Shown here piece after piece: positions 59,218 to 64,000 of a stretch of 64,000 nt of DNA. How positions within the stretch are numbered: the stretch's first letter is position 1; the number at the start of each line of letters is the position of its first letter. Source of the DNA: Polyangiales bacterium (GTDB lineage Bacteria; Myxococcota_A; Polyangia; Polyangiales; Ga0077539); the NCBI GenBank assembly GCA_044229975.1, contig JBGARZ010000002.1, positions 320,001-384,000 on the forward strand, written 5' to 3'. A program made the translations under genes and the position numbers. The notes beneath the pieces are model-generated. The model searched no databases, had not been told where the DNA came from, and worked only from the letters and a program-made list of their open reading frames with translations.

Positions 59218-60387
59218 ATGAGCGTTCCCCCCGTCGGTCCTACAGAGCTGACCCCGATGTTGCCGGAGGGCCTGCGCGACCTCCTGCCCGAGCGCGCCGC
59301 CCGCCGTCGCGCCGTCGCGCGCACCGTGCTCGCCTCCTTCGAGCGCTACGGCTACGCGGGCGTCGTCCCCCCGGCCTTCGAGCGCGAGTCCGTCGTCGCG
59401 CGCGGCGTCGGCGGCGCGGCGCGGCGCGAGCTCCTCCGCTTCCTCGACCCCGACGCGGGCGACGTCCTCGTGCTGCGCCCCGACATGACCCCGCAGATCG
59501 CGCGCCTCGTCTCCACGCGCTACCGCGAGCACCCCGGCCCCATCCGCCTCGCCTACGAGGGCAGCGTGGTGCGTCGCCCGCGCGGCCGCGCCCATCGCCA
59601 ACGCCAGGTCTCGCAGGCGGGCATCGAGTGCATCGGCTTCGCTCCGCCGCACGCCGACGTCGAGGTCATCGCCGCCACGCTCGACGCCCTGCGCGCGCTC
59701 GGTCTGCGCGACCTCGTGGTCGAGCTCTCCCACGCCGCAGCCCTCTCGACCGTGCTCGATGGTCTCCCCTCGCCCGTTCGTGAACCCGTTGCCGAAGCCC
59801 TCGCGGGCCGCGACCGCGCCACCTGGAGCGCGCTGCTCGACGGCGATCACCTCGCCCACGTCGACCGGCTCGTGCGTTGCGCGGGCGACGCTTCGCAGCT
59901 GCCCGGCTGGCGCGATGAGCTCGTCGCGCTCGGTCACGGCGACATGGTCGACGCGCTCTCTTCGGTCGTCGACGGCCTGCGCGAGACGGGCGCTCCCGTC
60001 ATCGTCGACCTCGGCGAGCTGCGCGGTCGCGGCTATTACACGGGGGTGTTTTTTCAGGTGCTCTGCGACGGCATCGGGTCGCCGCTCGCGGGCGGAGGCC
60101 GCTACGACGCGTTGCTCGGTCGCTACGGTGCGCCGCGGGCCGCGACCGGAGCGGCCATCGACCTCGAAGCCGTCGAGGCGGCGTTGCAGGCGCGCGGCAT
60201 CGAGCACGACGTGTTGCCCGCGCGGGTGCTCGTCATCGGAACCGCGAAGGCCCGCGCAGCCACGGCGGCGCGGCTGCGGGCGGAGGGGCGTTCGGTGTCC
60301 GAGAGCGACCCGATGGACGCGGAGTCCGAGGCGCGGCTCGTGGCGTGGGAGGGCTTCGCGGAGGTGCTGCGCCCGGACGGCGGTTGA
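59218..60387 (+). CDS. hisZ: ATP phosphoribosyltransferase regulatory subunit
   Basis: PEGLRDLLP, LRPDMTPQIAR, QAGIE, YYTGVFF, GGGRYDALL; lacks HisRS catalytic signature. Confidence 0.88.
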   Translation: MSVPPVGPTELTPMLPEGLRDLLPERAARRRAVARTVLASFERYGYAGVVPPAFERESVVARGVGGAARRELLRFLDPDAGDVLVLRPDMTPQIARLVSTRYREHPGPIRLAYEGSVVRRPRGRAHRQRQVSQAGIECIGFAPPHADVEVIAATLDALRALGLRDLVVELSHAAALSTVLDGLPSPVREPVAEALAGRDRATWSALLDGDHLAHVDRLVRCAGDASQLPGWRDELVALGHGDMVDALSSVVDGLRETGAPVIVDLGELRGRGYYTGVFFQVLCDGIGSPLAGGGRYDALLGRYGAPRAATGAAIDLEAVEAALQARGIEHDVLPARVLVIGTAKARAATAARLRAEGRSVSESDPMDAESEARLVAWEGFAEVLRPDGG

Positions 60388-60449
60388 CGGAGGGGCCGGC
60401 GCGGTGCGAACGATCCCGCGATGAGACACGCGACCTCGGGAGCGACGCA

Positions 60450-61172
60450 GTGCAGGCGGTGATCCTCGCGGGGGGCAAGGGTCGGCGGCTCGCTCCCTTC
60501 ACCGCGGCGTTTCCGAAGCCGTTGGTTCCGGTGGGCGACCGCGCGGTGCTGGAGGTGCTCATCCGTCGACTGGTCGCGGCGGGCGTGACGGAGATCGTTC
60601 TCTCCGTCGACCATCTCGCCGAGCTCATCATGGCCTACGTCGAGGGCCACCCCGGCCTGCGCAGCCTCGCGCGCTACCGCTTCGTCCGCGACGAACGCCC
60701 GGGCGGCACAGCCGGCCCGCTCAAGCGCATCGAGGGGCTCGGCGACACCTTCCTCGTGTGCAACGGCGACCTGCTGACGGAGCTCGACCTGCGCGCGCTC
60801 GTCGCCCACCACCGCGCGGAGCGGGCCGCGCTCACGGTGGCCGTGCACCGCAAGCCCGTGAAGCTCTCTCTCGGCGTGCTCGACCTCGACGACGACGGGC
60901 ACATCACGCGCTACACCGAGAAGCCCGAGTTTCAGTACGACGTGTCCATGGGCGTGTACGTGTACGACGCGCGGGCGCTGGGGTTCATCACGCCGGGCGA
61001 GTACCTCGACTTCCCCGATCTGGTGGGTCGACTCATTGCCGCGCACGAGGTCGTGGCGGCGTTTCGCACCGACGCGTACTGGCTCGACATCGGCAACCCC
61101 GACGACTACGCGCGGGCCCAGGAAGACGCCGCCGCGGGCCGCGGGCCGGCGGCGATGAAGGAGGCTTCGTGA
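60450..61172 (+). CDS. Sugar-phosphate nucleotidyltransferase
   Basis: VILAGGKGRRL, PKPLVP, GTAG, NGD, WLDIG. Confidence 0.92.
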   Translation: MQAVILAGGKGRRLAPFTAAFPKPLVPVGDRAVLEVLIRRLVAAGVTEIVLSVDHLAELIMAYVEGHPGLRSLARYRFVRDERPGGTAGPLKRIEGLGDTFLVCNGDLLTELDLRALVAHHRAERAALTVAVHRKPVKLSLGVLDLDDDGHITRYTEKPEFQYDVSMGVYVYDARALGFITPGEYLDFPDLVGRLIAAHEVVAAFRTDAYWLDIGNPDDYARAQEDAAAGRGPAAMKEAS

Positions 61173-62332
61173 GCTGGAAGGTTCCGCTGACGGACGTGAC
61201 GCTGGGGGAAGAGGAGGCGCTCGCGGCGGCCGACGTCGTGCGCTCGGGGTGGCTCTCGCAGGGCGAGCGGGTCGCCGCCTTCGAGCGCGACTTCGCGGCG
61301 ATGGTGGGCGTTCCCCACGCGATCGCGGTCAACAACTGCACCGTCGGCCTGGAGGTCGCCTACGCGAGCGTCGGTGTCTCACCGGGCGACGAAGTGGTCA
61401 TGCCGGCGCTCACGTTCGTGGCCACCGCCAACGCCGCGCGGCGGCTCGGAGCGGGCGTGGTCTTCGCCGACATCACCAGCGACGACGACCTCTGCGCCGA
61501 CCCTGCGGACGTGCTCGCGAAGGTCACGCCGAAGACGCGCGCTGTGGTGCTCGTCCACTACGCAGGCTTCGCGGCCGACGTCGCCGCCATGCGGGCGGGA
61601 CTCGCGGCGATGGGCCGCGGCGACGTGGCCATCGTGGAGGACTGCGCTCACGCTCCGGCTGCTGGTGCGAGGGACGGCAGCGCACGCTGCGGAGCGCTCG
61701 GCGACGTGGCGGCGTTCTCGTTCTTCAGCAACAAGAACATGACCACTGGCGAGGGTGGGATGATCACCACGCTCAACGCCGACCGCGACCGCGACCTGCG
61801 CCTGTTGCGCGCGCACGGCATGACCACGACGACGTGGGATCGCCACCGCGGCCACGCCTTCACCTACGACGTGGTGCGGGTCGCGACCAACGCGCGCATG
61901 GACGAGATCCGCGCCGCCATCGGTCGCATCCAGCTCGGCAAGTTGGAGGACGCCAACCGTCGTCGGGCGGTAGCTCGCGGTTGGTACATCGACGCCATCC
62001 GAGCGAAGGGCGACGCGCTGTCGGGGCTCGGTGTTCCCTTCTCGGTGGGCGAGTTCGGCCATGGGTCGCAGCACCTCTTCGTCGTGCTGCTGCCGTGGGG
62101 CACTGCGCGCGAGCCGGTGATGGCGGCGATGCGCGCGGCGGGCGTCCAGACCAGCGTTCACTACCCGCCGACCCACCGCTTCTCGGCCTACGCCGACGTC
62201 CCCGCGTCGCTGCCGCGCACCGACGCCGTCGCCGATCGCCTGCTCACGTTGCCGTTGGGTCCGACGCTGACCGAGGCGCAGGTCGCGCTCGTCGTCGACG
62301 CCCTGGCGGAGGCCCTCGCCGCGCGCTGCTAG
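61169..62332 (+). CDS. DegT/DnrJ/EryC1/StrS aminotransferase
   Basis: SGWLSQG, EDCAHA, FSFFSNKNMTTGEGG, VHYPP; AAGGAGG RBS, GTGA overlap. Confidence 0.93.
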   Translation: MSWKVPLTDVTLGEEEALAAADVVRSGWLSQGERVAAFERDFAAMVGVPHAIAVNNCTVGLEVAYASVGVSPGDEVVMPALTFVATANAARRLGAGVVFADITSDDDLCADPADVLAKVTPKTRAVVLVHYAGFAADVAAMRAGLAAMGRGDVAIVEDCAHAPAAGARDGSARCGALGDVAAFSFFSNKNMTTGEGGMITTLNADRDRDLRLLRAHGMTTTTWDRHRGHAFTYDVVRVATNARMDEIRAAIGRIQLGKLEDANRRRAVARGWYIDAIRAKGDALSGLGVPFSVGEFGHGSQHLFVVLLPWGTAREPVMAAMRAAGVQTSVHYPPTHRFSAYADVPASLPRTDAVADRLLTLPLGPTLTEAQVALVVDALAEALAARC

Positions 62333-62841
62333 CGACCCGCCTCGCCCAGCTCCTCGCGCTCACACGGCGCGTTGCGGTCGGCCCACTCACGCAGCCGCGT
62401 GACTCGCTCCAGCGGCCAGCGGCTGCCCTCGGGCCACGCCGCGACCGACGCGTCCGCCGCCGCGGCGAAGAGCCATCGCCGCGTCTGTGCGATGCGCGCC
62501 GTGTCGCGGTGACAGTGCGTGCGCATCACCCGCTCGACCACCGATCGCGCGAACGGCGCCCGTCGATCGTCGCCCGCGCGAAACACCTCCGCGACGACGC
62601 GCACGCCCGCGGCCCCGTAGCCCACGAGCCGCAGCACCGCAGGGGACTCGCCCGATTGTGCCGGGTTGGCGTCGTCGGCCAGGTGCGCCGCGAGCCAGCG
62701 CAGCTCGCCCTCGCGGAGGCTCGCGCCCGCGTCGCTGTTGCTGGTCCATGCCGCTTCGTCACCGGCGCCGAGCGTGGGCCCCGTGGGCGTCCCCGCGCAG
62801 CCCGCGAGCAGCGCCAACCCGCTGACCCGACGAGCGATCAC
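62329..62841 (-). CDS. Putative lipoprotein
   Basis: VIARRVSGLALLAGC lipobox; GTGA-coupled to upstream gene. Confidence 0.6.
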   Translation of the reverse strand: MIARRVSGLALLAGCAGTPTGPTLGAGDEAAWTSNSDAGASLREGELRWLAAHLADDANPAQSGESPAVLRLVGYGAAGVRVVAEVFRAGDDRRAPFARSVVERVMRTHCHRDTARIAQTRRWLFAAAADASVAAWPEGSRWPLERVTRLREWADRNAPCEREELGEAGR

Positions 62842-63728
62842 GACGCCCAGTCGACCGTGGCGCCGTCGAGTTGCAGCGGCGGCCGCTTCTCCAGCACCGC
62901 GTACTTCACCATCGCCAGGACGCTCACCCGACCCGGCTCGGTCGTCGACGGCGTCGCGCTCGTCACGCGCCCCACCGGCTTGCCTTCGGCCATCAGCTCG
63001 GCGCCTGCCACCGGAGCGACGCCGGACGCGGTCAACGCCACGAGCTGCTTCTGCACATGCCCGCGCATCTCCAACCGGCACACCACCTCCTGGCCGAGGT
63101 AGCAGCCCTTCTGAAACGAGACCGCGCGCGGCGTGATGGCCGCCTCCTGCACGTAGTTGTCGACTCCGAAATCCACGCCCCAGCGAGGCACGCCCGCCTC
63201 GGTGCTCGCCGCGTCGAAGGCCGCGCGCGAGACCGCGATCACTCCATCCGCTTGGGGCGCATCGCTCCCCTCGGCGACCAGCACGTCGACCCCACCACGC
63301 CCCAACCGGTCAGCCGTCGAACGCCCAGCCCACGCTTCCGTCGCCGTGATCGCCGTCGGCCCCTGCACCGTGAACACCCGCTCGTTGGTCGCTTCGAGGG
63401 TGACGTCCTCCATCACGATGAAGCGCTCGAAGTGCACCATCAACGCATCGCGCTGCGCCGACGGAACCACCAGCCGCAGCGACTCATCCTCCCCCGCGTG
63501 CACGAACGCATCGCCCAGCAGCTTGCCCTTCACCGCGACCATGGCCGTGTAGATGCCGCGCCCCGCGGTGAGCGGTCGCACGTCGGCGGTCACCACGCCG
63601 CTCAGCCACGTGAGGCGATCGTCGCCGCGCACGGTGATGACCGCGCGATCGTCGAGCCAGAGCGCGCCCGCGCCCTCCCGAAGAACGCGAACCTGATCGG
63701 CGAGGGACATGGGGGTGGTGGGTTGCAT
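62838..63728 (-). CDS. YgfZ/GcvT-family folate-binding protein
   Basis: KGCYLGQEVV signature. Confidence 0.92.
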   Translation of the reverse strand: MQPTTPMSLADQVRVLREGAGALWLDDRAVITVRGDDRLTWLSGVVTADVRPLTAGRGIYTAMVAVKGKLLGDAFVHAGEDESLRLVVPSAQRDALMVHFERFIVMEDVTLEATNERVFTVQGPTAITATEAWAGRSTADRLGRGGVDVLVAEGSDAPQADGVIAVSRAAFDAASTEAGVPRWGVDFGVDNYVQEAAITPRAVSFQKGCYLGQEVVCRLEMRGHVQKQLVALTASGVAPVAGAELMAEGKPVGRVTSATPSTTEPGRVSVLAMVKYAVLEKRPPLQLDGATVDWAS

Positions 63729-63772
63729 ACGCGCCTGCCTATGCCCCCGCGCGCCGCGAGGTGCAAGGCGCT

Positions 63773-64000
63773 TCAGGGGTCGACGATGCGGACGCCGAGG
63801 TGGTTGCCGACCGAGCGCCCATGGCCGTCGCTCGGGCGGTTCACGGTGCCGCCCTCGGACTCGATGTAGAGCTCGGTGCTGCCCCCGCCATCGAGGTTGA
63901 TCGCGTCGGACACGCCGAACTCCTCCATCAGGGGAATGAGCCCGAGGGAGGTCATGCCGGGGAGGTTGTTGCGACGTCCGTCGATCACCGCCAGCACGAG
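63773..64000 (-). CDS. Phosphodiester glycosidase (NAGPA-like) family protein, 3' part only
   Basis: VIDGR...GMT...AINLDGGGST...VNRPSDG; runs off window end. Confidence 0.88.
   Translation of the reverse strand, partial: LVLAVIDGRRNNLPGMTSLGLIPLMEEFGVSDAINLDGGGSTELYIESEGGTVNRPSDGHGRSVGNHLGVRIVDP

Overview
High-GC (roughly 70% by eye), gene-dense chromosomal segment, most consistent with a Myxococcota (Polyangia-like) bacterium: it carries a MYXO-CTERM-type surface protein, several Hanks-type Ser/Thr kinases and Asp-rich lipoprotein linkers. Mostly core genome: pnp (partial), rpsO, PpiD-like chaperone, trxA, dut, rnc, fbp, nadD, glmU, tRNA-Leu(CAG), gap-pgk-tpiA-secG, glgB, a MacAB-like ABC exporter, tRNA nucleotidyltransferase, serC, hisZ and a YgfZ-like protein. 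No CRISPR array, integrase, transposase, prophage or rRNA is evident. Most notable: (1) scattered glycan-related genes (a WbpE/WbpB/WbpD-like trio coupled to a CAP-domain lipoprotein, a VanW+glycosyltransferase pair, a GT-C-like membrane protein, a flippase-like protein, an NTP-transferase+DegT pair) alongside several exported proteins that share Asp-hydrophobic linkers, hinting at a surface-protein glycosylation system; (2) a short, compositionally foreign-looking UDP-glucose dehydrogenase; (3) a zinc-ribbon pseudokinase in the rnc-dut operon; (4) an effector-less STAND/TPR ATPase coupled to the CCA enzyme and head-to-head with a kinase; (5) two sigma54 promoters in front of small unknown proteins; (6) a frameshifted SuFu-domain gene; (7) a DHH-like protein with permuted motif order. 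All calls are by motif recognition; no searches were run.
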